DNA of 63,415 nucleotides, filler included, from Octopus bimaculoides (GCF_001194135.2; 5 parts of 5 records of this genome joined end to end with filler, not necessarily neighbours in it), one strand, 5' to 3'; positions 11,653 to 24,360 are shown, numbered from the whole stretch's first letter. The notes: generated by a model not told the origin, from the sequence alone. Made by a program: numbers and translations.

Positions 11653-11827
11653 GGCATAGGTGTGGCTGTGTGCTAATGAGTTTGTTTCCCAACCACATGG
11701 TCCCGGATTCAGTCTACAGCGTGGTACCTTGGACAAGTGTCCTCTACGATAGTATCGGACCGACCAAATCTTTGTAAGTGTGTATTTGCTAGACAATAAC
11801 TGAAAGAAGCCAGTCATATATGGGTGT

Positions 11828-11877
<50 letters not shown>

Positions 11878-12075
11878 GTGTGTTTGAGTGAGTATGTGTG
11901 CTTGCGTATTTTTGTGTATGTGTTTGTCCCCCACCACCACTTGACAACCCAGGCAAATTAGCGGTTCAGCAAAAGTAACCGATAGCTAAGTTCCGGGGTC
12001 GATTCGTTCGTTCGACGAAAATTCTTCCAGACTGCCCCAGCAGGGCTGAAATCTAATCACTGACACAAGTGAAAT
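11653..12075 (+). mobile_element. CORE-type SINE (OR2-like) with internal (GT)n
   Basis: tRNA-like head, CORE-like GGTACCTTGGACAAGTGTCCTCTAC, internal (GT)n, characteristic 3' body; several related copies in the window. The OR2 name is from recall. Confidence 0.8.
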
Positions 12076-13088
12076 AATTTAATAATAGCTAATATAAATA
12101 GTCATTGCTCGGTTGTTTGGTCGGTTGATTCTGCAGTCACGTTTCACATTGTGCAGAGTAAAAGAAAGATACAGAGAGAGTTATAATAATAGGAGTCGGG
12201 TTGGTTCTTCCATAACTTTCTGAAAAATAATTTTTTTCATTTAAAGTTTGCAGCGATAAGTATTCATCGGAGTTGATTTCGAATATGTTAATAAAATTGA
12301 GAATATAATGATATATATTTATTGTAAATATACAAATAAAAAGTTGTTTTTTAATTATATTTTAAGGTGATAAATATTTTAATTCAAAAATTGGTTTCTT
12401 TCCTTCATTTTGTATAAGCAACGAGATATTTCATAAAATCTGAAATTATAATTACAAGATGCATGCTATATTTTCTGATTTTACCCATGGTGGCAAAAGT
12501 ATGCTTTTAAAGTTACCGTCGATGGGTAGCGCTCAAGTTAATTCAACGAATTCTGCATAAGTATTCTAGAAAAAATCAAGCATTTGACGAACTGAGTAAA
12601 AGTTATTCATAATCATAAACATTAAATTTTTAAAAGCAAATGAAAAATCTAAGGCTTTTAAACTATAGAAACCTTTTAATGGTTAGCAAATCTGGTTATA
12701 TATACCTCATGAAACGTCATCAATATACGTCATCAAACAATTTCTCCCTGGTTTTAAACCAAATTGACGCTACCTTACTTTTAAAACAAAATTAATCAGT
12801 TGAGTATCCTTTTATTGTTATCCAGCAGCACAAAATAACAATGCTTTGACAATCATTCATATTAGTAATTCTTATGTTACATAACAAATCGATTTCTAAT
12901 TAGAATGTTTGCATTAAGAAGCACTATACATATCATTGACTCAATTTCGTAGCTCTCGTTGTCAAATCTTCGACAACAAATAGCCTAAATCTTCACATTT
13001 CAAACAATATTTACACTGTATACATTACAACTGCATCATAATCTTCCTCATGAGGCAGAGGACTTTATATATATATATATATATGTTA

Positions 13089-13414
13089 CGGAGATGTACT
13101 TGCATAGCAAGTGATTTGATCTGAGATCGGGTGCTGAAGCAAAACCAAATGCAGCGGGGAAGGTGTTTATAATCCATTTAAAAATACAAAAACCCGTTAG
13201 ATTCACTTCAGCATTTAAATTTAATTTCTCAAAATATTTTCGTGGCTTTGAAACCGCGACGTATTCACTGACAAAATTCCGAGATGCAGCATGGAATTTT
13301 GTCAGTAAACAGGTCGCGGTTTCAAAGCGACAAAAATATTTTGAAAAATTAAATTTAAATGTTGAAGTGAATCTAACGGTTTTTGTGTCTTTTTAAATGG
13401 CTTATGAACACCTT
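13089..13414. mobile_element. TA-flanked fold-back MITE; right end replaced by a SINE
   Basis: Arms 13160-13280 and 13293-13414 are near-perfect reverse complements with a 12-nt loop; begins TA|CGGAGATG next to (TA)n. Confidence 0.8.
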
Positions 13415-13735
13415 TCGGTCATGCTGGGGTACTACCTCCAGGAAATTTTAGTTGAATACATCAACCCCAGGATTTATTTTTACTACGCCTGGTACTTATG
13501 CTATCAGTCTCTTTTGCCAAAGCACCAAGGTACGAGGTCGTAAACATACCAACATAACTTGTCAAGCAGTGGGGTGGGAAAACACACACACACATATACG
13601 ACGGTCTTCTTTCAGTTTCCGTCAACCAAATTCACTCAAAATGTTTCAGCCAGCCAAGGCTATAGTGGAAGACACTTGGCCAAGGTGCCACGCAGTGAGA
13701 GTGAACCCGGAGCCGTGTGGATTGGATGCAAGCTT
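13415..13735 (-). mobile_element. CORE-type SINE (OR2-like), both ends clipped
   Basis: GAAGACACTTGGCCAAGGTGCCACGCAGTG is the reverse complement of the CORE-like block. Confidence 0.85.
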
Positions 13736-13738
13736 CCC

Positions 13739-14154
13739 ATTTCTTTATTGCCCACAAGGGGCTAAACATAGAGGTGACAAACAAGGACAGGCAAAGGGGT
13801 TAAGTCGATTAGATTGACCGCAGTGCGTAACTGGTACTTAATTTATGGACCTCGAAAGGATCAAAGGTAAAGTGGACCTTGGCGGAATTTGAACTGAGAA
13901 CATAACGCCAGACGAAATACCTATTTCTTTATTGCTCACAAGGGGCTAAACATAGAGGGGACAAACGAAGACAGACAAGTTGATTAAGTCGATTACATCG
14001 ACCCCAATGCGTAACTGGTACTTATTTAATCGACCCCGAAAGGATAAAAGGCAAAGTCGACCTCGGCGGAATTTGAACTCAGAACGTAACGGCAGACGAA
14101 ATACCGCTAAGCATTTCGTCCGGCGTGCTAACGTTTCTGCCAGCTCACCGCCTT
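13739..14154 (-). mobile_element. Head-to-tail SINE family A dimer (183-bp period)
   Basis: TTTCTTTATTGC(C/T)CACAAGGGGCTAAACATAGAGG repeated at ~13740 and ~13923; only the right monomer has the head. Confidence 0.9.
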
Positions 14155-14199
14155 AATGATGCAAGATTCTTACCACACAGCCATGCCTGTACATAAACA

Positions 14200-14232
<33 letters not shown>

Positions 14233-14715
14233 TTGTGTGTGTTTGTGTGTGTGTGTGTCTGTCTGATTGTGTGTGTGTGATTGTGTGTACGTGTGTATGC
14301 GCGCGTGCGTATGAAAGCGTGTTTCATCTTCACTGGCACTTAGTAAAGTTGAGTTCATGCTCTACACAAAGCGAAAAAAAATTCATGCATTAAACTTAGT
14401 TTTTCCATCGCTATTATCACTGGCTACACGAACAGTCATATCATTTTCCTCATTATTATCGTTTTAAAATCATCCATTAGTTAATTTATATTCCTCTTCG
14501 TATTTTAGTTGGTACACCTCAATGATTTATGGAAGACGTTTATGTGCCATTATCAAAGTAGCAACGTTAACACATACACGTGCGGCAAAATCGTTCTCGT
14601 CTCTGGAAATTCGATATAAGAGGAACCAATCACTGATAGCAACAGATGTTTCAGTCAGCTTAAGTAAATAATTGTCCCTCATATATAAACTATTTATCAT
14701 TATGCTAATACCTGG

Positions 14716-14945
14716 AAGGCGCTGGGCTGTCAGAATCATTAACACACTGGAAGTGCTTTCTCCTATTTCTCATGTATTTAAATCCTGATCTCGAATCTTG
14801 TAGGGACTGGATTTGCTTTTCAGGCATTGAGGACCAATAAAATAAGAATCAGCCAAGCAGTTAAGCGTTGGTACCTGGTGCAGTCGAGCTTTGGTACCTA
14901 GTGTGCTTCACTTAACCTCCGCCCCGCTGAAATTTCTGGTCTTCT
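14716..14945 (+). mobile_element. Ancient SINE family A-related copy
   Basis: AAGGCGCTGGGCTGTCAGAATCATTAACAC head and a degenerate core. Confidence 0.5.
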
Positions 14946-15019
14946 TCCAAATAATTATAGCTAAATTAGAAAAAATACATTTCTAAATCTCTCAGAGAGA
15001 TTTATACAGAAGTGATACG

Positions 15020-15409
15020 ATAAAGTAGTTGTATGCTGTCAACGTTATGTGACAGTCGCATGAGAGGGAATAATACTACTGCTATTTAGCCCTAGGAAGC
15101 TGCAAAGCTTCCTGTCGGCCTTGACACATTTACTGTGTCCTTATGTTTGGTAGACAGAAGAGCTTGACAGGCATCTCCAACTAGCAAGTCATGCTACTCC
15201 AGACTGATGACGAGCAATGACTCAGAAACATGTCTCTGAATGCAGGCTTAGCTGGGTGGAGGTGCTTGTCTCCCCCTTGTAAACATAAGGACACAGGAAA
15301 TGTATCAAGGTCGACACGAAGCGGCGCAGCTTCCTAGGGCTAAATAGCAGTAGTATTATTCCCTCTCGTAGGACTGTCACATTAAATTAACAGGATACAA
15401 CTACTTTAT
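15020..15409. mobile_element. 390-bp fold-back element with a hammerhead motif at its apex
   Basis: 15020-15150 pairs with 15280-15409 (about 85-90% by eye); looser pairing continues inward to 15199/15238. Confidence 0.85.
15199..15238 (+). ncRNA. Penelope-type minimal type-I hammerhead ribozyme motif
   Basis: cCAGA-CTGATGA-c-GAG-caatga-CTC-a-GAAAC-AT-GTC-TCTG: stem I CAGA/TCTG, stem II GAG/CTC, palindromic ACATGT stem III, GUC triplet; single extra nucleotides flank stem II. Confidence 0.65.
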
Positions 15410-16492
15410 AACTATATTATTATCTGAAAATATAAAGCAAGACATGTATAACTTCCTCGACCGAGAAATCGCTTATTGTGAAAATATTTTACTTTTAATT
15501 ATGAAACGAAAATGTAGACAGCACAAGCAAGGAGAATAGAAATATAACCCCTGTTCCCCAAAACTTTTATTGCAGAGAAAGGATTAAGTTTCGAGAAGTA
15601 CGCTTTAATATGTTTTTAAGTTTAACTTTACAGATTTTCTGTAAAATGAGAACATCGCACTGCTAACACACAGGCAATGCACAGCATTGACTTGTAAACC
15701 TGTAATATACTTCGTAGTACATTATGGTTGCAAAACGAAATATTGTATCTTTGCTATTAATTAATAAAATAATTAATACGTGTAAAAACAATAGTATGAC
15801 CTTGCTTGCATCAGGGTTTTCCAAAAATTTTAGATAACAAATCATTTCATTTCCCATGCTATGATTATCATTATATTAAGCCTAGACAACAATTAGACTG
15901 CACCAGGTGAAACTTCCCCTACAAAATATTACTGGTCACTCTGAAAGAAGCTCATGGACTTAAGCCAGGTAATTGGAAATGCACCTGTTTATTTCAACGT
16001 TGAAAGTGTTATTATCACTCATGTTACAAAAAAATGTGACAAAACCGTTACTACTTTGTCATAACACTTTAAGAAGTCACTTAATATCAGCAGAATTTGG
16101 GAGGCGTACATATATATACGAATACGCAACCATGCACATACATACAGACATACAAACATACATCCATATGTGTGTGTATGCATATATATATNNNNNNNNN
16201 NNNNNNNNNNNNNNNNNNNNNNNNNNNNNNNNNNNNNNNNNNNNNNNNNNNNNNNNNNNNNNNNNNNNNNNNNNNNNNNNNNNNNNNNNNNNNNNNNNNN
16301 NNNNNNNNNNNNNNNNNNNNNNNNNNNNNNNNNNNNNNNNNNNNNNNNNNNNNNNNNNNNNNNNNNNNNNNNNNNNNNNNNNNNNNNNNNNNNNNNNNNN
16401 NNNNNNNNNNNNNNNNNNNNNNNNNNNNNNNNNNNNNNNNNNNNNNNNNNNNNNNNNNNNNNATATATATATATATATAAGTGCATACATAT

Positions 16493-16525
<33 letters not shown>

Positions 16526-17358
16526 GATGTATGTATGCATGCTTATGTATATATGAAAAATTTCATATATATTTATGAAATTAAACATGACCATTTAGGC
16601 GCCTTTACTTGAAGTTCTTGGAAGATGATATACCCTCCGGTTTTGTTCTATATAATAATTTCTGAATGACAACACATAAAGTCTCTCCTGGGTATTTATT
16701 ATGCAAATTTAATGTCGTTTCAAGATAAAATCATATTGTCTATTCAAAGTTAAGCGGAATCTCATGGGCCAAAAATTTAGATGTTTATTAATTCTCAGCA
16801 CATAAGGAAAAACTGTCTGTTTGGTCAATAATTGAAAGCTCTCCGTCTTATATAGTAAGGTGATGGACATATGGGTTGGTGTTGGCGTGCCCTCTCCACT
16901 AGAGAAATCATTAATCGCTGCCATGAATATTGGAATTATTTTGTGTGAGTTTGGACAATTCAATTTAATTACAAATAATCAGTTCTAATGAAATTGCTAA
17001 GTGGAAAATAAGAGGAGAATCACATTTAACCAATTCAATATAATGGCAATCAGCCGACTGAAAAGGTTGTTGGTTTCTATCCAATCATCATTGCTCTGAT
17101 GTTTCTTTGGCAAAGGCACTCGGCATTGAATGGAATATGTCCTGTAGGCTCCCTATAGGTACCATGAGTAGGAAAAGCGCCCTACTTTCAGGGGGAAAAA
17201 AATCTATATTACTGCCAAGGCAATGAAAGAATATCTACGTTCATTTTTATCTGTGAGCCGGCAGATTTTCACCTTCAAAAGTTTCAGCCTAGCATTTTAA
17301 AGATAAAATTGGCATCATATATACATACATATACATACATACAGACACACACATACAC

Positions 17359-17429
<71 letters not shown>

Positions 17430-17514
17430 NNNNNNNNNNNNNNNNNNNNNNNNNNNNNNNNNNNNNNNNNNNNNNNNNNNNNNNNNNNNNNNNNNNNNNN
17501 NNNNNNNNNNNNNN

Positions 17515-17545
<31 letters not shown>

Positions 17546-17789
17546 CATATATATTTATTATTAATCATCGGATGATAAGTGGACACAACTCGTTAAAATA
17601 ACAGTTCTGCGATATAACTTTTCGTTTTGCGGAAAGAGGAACAGCCAGACGGAGGAAATATCTTCATTTATATAGAAGATCAAAAATGAAATCACAGATG
17701 GATAAAAGAGAAACGAACGCGCAATTCAGCAAGCAAATTATCAAGATACACATACACATATATATAAAGAATGCGAGAAACGAGAATTA

Positions 17790-18082
17790 GAGTTCACGAG
17801 AATCTTTATTCCTTACAACGATCGTTTCGATCCATCCCCCATCGAACCCTTCCAGTGCATAAGACATCTCATAGGGTGTCTTGTTTTAGAGAAGTTACCT
17901 GGCTAAATAAATTCGGTTTCGCTTGGCATGTCTTTGTTACCAGTAGGTTATTGGCTATAATGATATGAATAAAACACCTGATGAGATGCAACACAACCAG
18001 ATGCACAGTATGTCACCTACAAGAGAGTGATACAGGATAAGACGAAACGATTGTTGTGATGAATAAAGACTCTCGTGAACTC
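17790..18082. mobile_element. Inverted pair of Penelope pLTR-like ends
   Basis: The outer 40 bp are reverse complements with 4 mismatches; each arm reads outward ...CGAAACGAT(C/T)GTTGT...GAATAAAGA; the right arm has CTGATGAG at 17978. Confidence 0.6.
17975..18058 (+). ncRNA. Hammerhead-like motif with long, poorly paired stem II
   Basis: cac-CTGATGAG...(~58 nt)...CGAAAC-gatt-GTT-gtg. Confidence 0.35.
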
Positions 18083-20875
18083 CATTTTCAGTTTCCTTCC
18101 TTCATCATAAACTCAACGACCACTTCCGAATACCTGAGGTAAATCCAGTGACACTTTTATCAAAACTGTAGATGACATCAGGTTACCTAAACAGAGACAG
18201 ATACTACTGACCATATACTGAAAGTCCGAATAATTACTTATATATATGGCGGTTATCTACTCCTTATGCAGAGTTTGATCCCCTCTTGTACCTACACCTT
18301 AGATCCATCATGGTGTCTGATGTGGCTTTTAAAATCAGACAATCTTTTGAAAAGTCACCCACATAGATTGCATATCCGATTTGGACAGTTCTTATGGATT
18401 TTCATGACTCTGGAGGGGATCTCTGTAATGAAGTGTATGCTGAAAGCTAGTATAAGTGCAAGTACTACACATGCCACTGCAATATTAGACGTTAGTTTGT
18501 TGTAAGAGGGAAGAACTGGATATTTATATAATTTGTCTGGTTTTATATTTCGTTACCCGGTTTTTGTTAACAACCCATTCTGCGGTTTATATTCGTCAGT
18601 CCCTAGGCATGTGCAGCAGTTAAATAAGGAAAAGAAAGAGAGAGGGAAACCATTGACGTAAAGGTCTTCAGTTTGATAAGACCGTTTTTCAGGTTCGATT
18701 GTTCAATATGAACATTTCTTTTATCAGTTATCCATCCATATATCTGCCCAGACAGCTGTGGGTATTCCAGTTATTTTTCAAGATTTTAGGTAATTCGAGT
18801 AAAAATATTTACATCCCATCGCTGTCGATGATAATTGTGTGGTCGCTGTCTGTGGTGGTGATACTGAGGGCGCCGGATACCGCTTGTGTCGCTGGTCATG
18901 GATTGGTCATCATCTCTAGGTGTGGCGATTGTACTGATGGAAGCATATGGTGAGGGCGTGGTCACTCTATCGGTGTCATGATAATGGTTTGTCCTTCTTC
19001 AGCGGTGACGGTGGTAGTGGGGTTATCGGTTACCTCCTCTGTTTTGCTGGTTCCGGACTGGTCATCATCTCTGGTAGTGGAGATTTACTGCCGTGAGACC
19101 TGGTTAATCTGCTATTATTGCTAATGGGTGGTACATTCCTGGTAATGCGGATAGCAGGTTTAGGTTTCACCATAGATTCATAGATGATTTCTTCGCCTCC
19201 AACTGGACAGTTATTGCATTGTTCTCAGTTTCACACTCAAACACCCTGCCATGTTCGTATTTGAGCTTCTGGCGCGAATGCCAAGCGCTACAGCATGTTG
19301 TTTCCCAATTACCTGCACAGTGAATTGTCATAAAGAAGTTTTGTATAAATGATTCCATGTCAAGTGCTGCCTACTGGAAAACTGAATCTCCCTCTTTACT
19401 GGTTAGGGTATTCCGGGTCTGTTAAGGTATTTTAGTCCCTGGGGAGATAACCCGTCGTCATTAAAATGTTTATACCTTTCCTCATGTCCGCGTGGTAGAA
19501 GGTCTATTTTTTTGTCTCTGTATACAGTTTGATGAGTTGTCCAAAAGGGTGATGCTTTCGTGGCTACGAAACCTTTGGTAACTCTATGACCAGAATTCAA
19601 CTTTTTTGCTTTAAATAATTACTGGTCTGTTATTTACAGTGATTTTCTTCTGTTATATATATATACATATACATACACATATATATATATATATATATAT
19701 ATANNNNNNNNNNNNNNNNNNNNNNNNNNNNNNNNNNNNNNNNNNNNNNNNNNNNNNNNNNNNNNNNNNNNNNNNNNNNNNNNNNNNNNNNNNNNNNNNN
19801 NNNNNNNNNNNNNNNNNNNNNNNNNNNNNNNNNNNNNNNNNNNNNNNNNNNNNNNNNNNNNNNNNNNNNNNNNNNNNNNNNNNNNNNNNNNNNNNNNNNN
19901 NNNNNNNNNNNNNNNNNNNNNNNNNNNNNNNNNNNNNNNNNNNNNNNNNNNNNNNNNNNNNNNNNNNNNNNNNNNNNNNNNNNNNNNNNNNNNNNNNNNN
20001 NNNNNNNNNNNNNNNNNNNNNNNNNNNNNNNNNNNNNNNNNNNNNNNNNNNNNNNNNNNNNNNNNNNNNNNNNNNNNNNNNNNNNNNNNNNNNNNNNNNN
20101 NNNNNNNNNNNNNNNNNNNNNNNNNNNNNNNNNNNNNNNNNNNNNNNNNNNNNNNNNNNNNNNNNNNNNNNNNNNNNNNNNNNNNNNNNNNNNNNNNNNN
20201 NNNNNNNNNNNNNNNNNNNNNNNNNNNNNNNNNNNNNNNNNNNNNNNNNNNNNNNNNNNNNNNNNNNNNNNNNNNNNNNNNNNNNNNNNNNNNNNNNNNN
20301 NNNNNNNNNNNNNNNNNNNNNNNNNNNNNNNNNNNNNNNNNNNNNNNNNNNNNNNNNNNNNNNNNNNNNNNNNNNNNNNNNNNNNNACATATATAAACAC
20401 GTATGTACGTAGATCTATTATCATATGTGTCTATGTGTAATCGTGTTTTTGCATGTGTGTGCGTGTGTGTAATGATTTCTAAACTTGATGTTATTGTCGA
20501 ATAACATTCCTAAGGTATATGTTACCTTGTCAGTGATTTTTATGAGAAATAAAGAATAAAAACACATTAAGAAAAGAAAAAAAACCATTAGTCGCTGGAC
20601 AAGTCACGTTTCTGTCTGGTCTTGAACCACTAGGTCTCCTCCCTCGTGCAACGCTTTATTTTGTACTGTTGTCTGATATGCGAACTATTTAATATCAGTC
20701 ATTGTTATCCAGTTCTTTTTCAGGCAACGCAAGTAATATAGTGTTTTGTTTATGTTGTCGTTCATTCACAATTCAGATCCCACCGTCTAGACATATGATT
20801 TAACACATTGCATCTGCGACCATTCTCGTTTGAGAAATGATCTCGAAACATATTTGTACATTAGTGTTTCACATA

Positions 20876-21097
20876 TTAACTCATTAAGTCCCACTGTCCT
20901 ATAAATAGGACACTAAATCTGAACATTAAATAAGCTATATCAGTGTCCTATTTATAGGACACCAATTATTTCCATTTCTACTTGAAGTAAAGGAGTTTTA
21001 CTAATAATTTTTTTTCATTTTAACCTACTTTCAATCATCTGTAAGAATTTAAAAGTAATATTCAGATATTTAAGTACTCTGGGATTTAATGGGTTAA
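20876..21097. mobile_element. piggyBac-like MITE
   Basis: TTAA at both ends; termini CTCATTAAGTCCCA / TGGGATTTAATGGG; internal inverted 20-mers GTCCTATAAATAGGACAC. Confidence 0.7.
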
Positions 21098-21299
21098 GGC
21101 CTTTGCGCCATGCCATTTGAAGGCGATTCTGCTGCTAAGTCAAGAAGGTGGTTCAAGGAATTAGGTGATACTTCGCCTTATAGGATCACGTATGATGTGT
21201 TTATGTATGACTGTGTATGTATTTGCTCTTGATATTGACATAATTATGATAACGTATGACATTTCTGTGTGTCACATAGTAATTTTTGTTTATACTTTG

Positions 21300-21958
21300 T
21301 TTAATCTGAGTCTGTAGACTGAAAATGTAACTCTGTTCCAGGCGGAGTCGATGTGTGTGAATCCATAGTGGAGGGCGAGGCCGAAGACGGAGATAGCAGA
21401 GGTGGAGTGGTTGGCAAAGCGGAATTAATGGGCAACGCGGGTGTTCGTACGTAGCCGAACATCTCGCAAATGTTCTGTGAACCGGTCGGCCAGCCGGCGG
21501 CCCGTCTTGCCAACGTAGATTTTGTTGCAGAGATTACATCTAATGCAATATATAAGGCTGGAAGAAATGCAGGACAAGGCGTTTCTAATGTGGAGCGTGT
21601 GCTGGTTGGAACCACTGAGGGAGGTGGTGTTCGTGATGAAAGGACAGTAGTGGCAACGGGATCTTGAGTAAGGTGAGGCTGGGATGGAAGAGGAGAAGGT
21701 GCTACGGACCAGTTGATCGCGTAGGTTACTGGCGCTTTTAAAAGAGGCTGAGGATGGATTGGAGGATCGGTGTGGGGAAGGAGAGAAAGCGGTGCTGCGA
21801 TCGATTAGACAAGCGCGGGCAGGGGCACTTTGGACAAGGGTGGATGGGTATCCTCGATGCACGAACGGGCGGACAAAGTACTGGGACTGGGTCTAGAAAT
21901 CCTGGCCGCGGCTGCACAAGCGTCGGAGGCGCAGATAACGGGCGTAGGGTGATAGATA
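21300..21958 (-). mobile_element. Penelope-like element fragment (RT C-terminus to GIY-YIG endonuclease)
   Basis: RLRRLCS...FVHRGYP...NLRDQLVRS...CHYCPFI...LIYCIRCNLCNKIYVGKTGRRLADRFTEHLRDV. Confidence 0.9.
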
Positions 21959-23482
21959 TATAAATATATTAAAAAATACACGTTACGTGCAGGACATCAC
22001 CAACAACAGAAAAATACGTAAACTCGCGGGAGATAAGTACAGGACAAAATACTAAAACATACACAATAAGTACAGGATATCACCAACGAGTGAAAAATGC
22101 AGTCAACAACTGATGAACGAGTTATCTTCTTTTTGTATTTGGTCATGTTACTTATCCCCTGTACTTAAATGTGTATGTTTCATTTCTTTTCAATCGAACA
22201 CCATGTAGCCTTATCCACAGTAATTTCTTAAATATAAATATATATATATATATATATANNNNNNNNNNNNNNNNNNNNNNNNNNNNNNNNNNNNNNNNNN
22301 NNNNNNNNNNNNNNNNNNNNNNNNNNNNNNNNNNNNNNNNNNNNNNNNNNNNNNNNNNNNNNNNNNNNNNNNNNNNNNNNNNNNNNNNNNNNNNNNNNNN
22401 NNNNNNNNNNNNNNNNNNNNNNNNNNNNNNNNNNNNNNNNNNNNNNNNNNNNNNNNNNNNNNNNNNNNNNNNNNNNNNNNNNNNNNNNNNNNNNNNNNNN
22501 NNNNNNNNNNNNNNNNNNNNNNNNNNNNNNNNNNNNNNNNNNNNNNNNNNNNNNNNNNNNNNNNNNNNNNNNNNNNNNNNNNNNNNNNNNNNNNNNNNNN
22601 NNNNNNNNNNNNNNNNNNNNNNNNNNNNNNNNNNNNNNNNNNNNNNNNNNNNNNNNNNNNNNNNNNNNNNNNNNNNNNNNNNNNNNNNNNNNNNNNNNNN
22701 NNNNNNNNNNNNNNNNNNNNNNNNNNNNNNNNNNNNNNNNNNNNNNNNNNNNNNNNNNNNNNNNNNNNNNNNNNNNNNNNNNNNNNNNNNNNNNNNNNNN
22801 NNNNNNNNNNNNNNNNNNNNNNNNNNNNNNNNNNNNNNNNNNNNNNNNNNNNNNNNNNNNNNNNNNNNNNNNNNNNNNNNNNNNNNNNNNNNNNNNNNNN
22901 NNNNNNNNNNNNNNNNNNNNNNNNNNNNNNNNNNNNNNNNNNNNNNNNNNNNNNNNNNNNNNNNNNNNNNNNNNNNNNNNNNNNNNNNNNNNNNNNTGTA
23001 AGTATGTATGTATGTATGTATGCATGTATATGTGTGTGTGCGTGTGTGTATCTACATGTTGGTTGTTTTCGTTTATATGTAGATGTGAAAGAGATAATTG
23101 AAGTTGTTAAGAATTAACACATTACAACGTAAGTCTATCCCACATTTCATAGATCATGCTTTTATTTTACTTGATTTTTCTGGGGTGTTTTTTTTTATTT
23201 CGAGGCATTAAAAGCGATAAAGAAATCAAAAGTCGACTCTGTTCCAAGTAGGCCTTACTCTTCCGCAATTGTTCGCGTTTTCTGAATAAAGTGATTAACG
23301 CAAAGCCAAAATATTTGCTGGACGTTTGCCTCTGGACATTTAAGTGTTCCAGCAATGTGGGGGCTGACATAGGTTCTGTGATGAAAGAACGTTTGTTTTG
23401 TAGCTTGGTGTAAATGTGTTATTGATGATGTTTATGATGAACTGAACAGGGAAGAAATAAATACAAAAGAGCACTATATATT

Positions 23483-23644
<162 letters not shown>

Positions 23645-24054
23645 TCAGTATCGCCTAGCTGTGTTTCTAGAGCGTTGTAAGTTCTTTAATTAACTTGTTA
23701 TAAAAGGTTCTATACTGTATTTTGTTAGTTAAATCGTTTTGCAAGCCAGCTGTCCGCTCGTGGGTGGGGTTGGGGATGTCGTTTGTTAAGCAAAGCCTCA
23801 TTCTAGGGGTGATACAAAACTTTGTGTTAGCAAATTTCTTCGAAAATTTCCTTCAAAGCCAAGGTACCGAGGTGCCGGGGTGCTACGATTGGGGTTCAAC
23901 GGCCCACTTATGGTTTCACTGCCCACAGAACCAGAACAGAAGGGTAGAAAGAAATGACCAAACAAAAACACCACAATCCATGAGTCGACGACGACGACAA
24001 CAACAATAACAACAACAACAACAGAAATAATGATAATAATAATAATAATAATAA

Positions 24055-24281
24055 CAGGAAGTGCAAAAAATCGTGATAACTGGAACGACTCATGTACTGA
24101 GAAGAGCATTATCGCTGTGAAAACAACATCCATTCATGAATTTTTTTTTTTTTGTTTTCTTAAATACATGTTTTACCTGTGAATTTGCGTGTGTAAACTG
24201 GGAATGCATACAATGAGTTTCTCTGCCCTAGGTGTACGGAAAACACTCGGCGAGAAATGGAAGAAAATTTGAAGAAAGAAG
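24055..24281 (+). mobile_element. R4/Dong-like LINE extreme 3' end with (TAA)n tail
   Basis: EVQKIVITGTTHVLRRALSL* followed by UTR and (TAA)n; also preceded by (TAA)n. Confidence 0.75.
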
Positions 24282-24292
24282 ATAATAATAAC

Positions 24293-24350
<58 letters not shown>

Positions 24351-24360
24351 NNNNNNNNNN

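Noticed and set aside
19630-20424. Long ORFs in the supplied track (also near 16000, 22200, 26200, 34000, 44700, 55600)
   Set aside because: Made of N runs and microsatellite translations (poly-X, HT, CV, YI)
22105-22140. CTGATGA/CTGAAGA motifs here and at ~24987, ~27331, ~33741 and ~48964 (-)
   Set aside because: No correctly placed GAAA, stem I or cleavage triplet
23740-23985. GC-rich island considered as an HDV-like ribozyme or LINE 5' end
   Set aside because: No nested double pseudoknot could be drawn by eye; left unassigned
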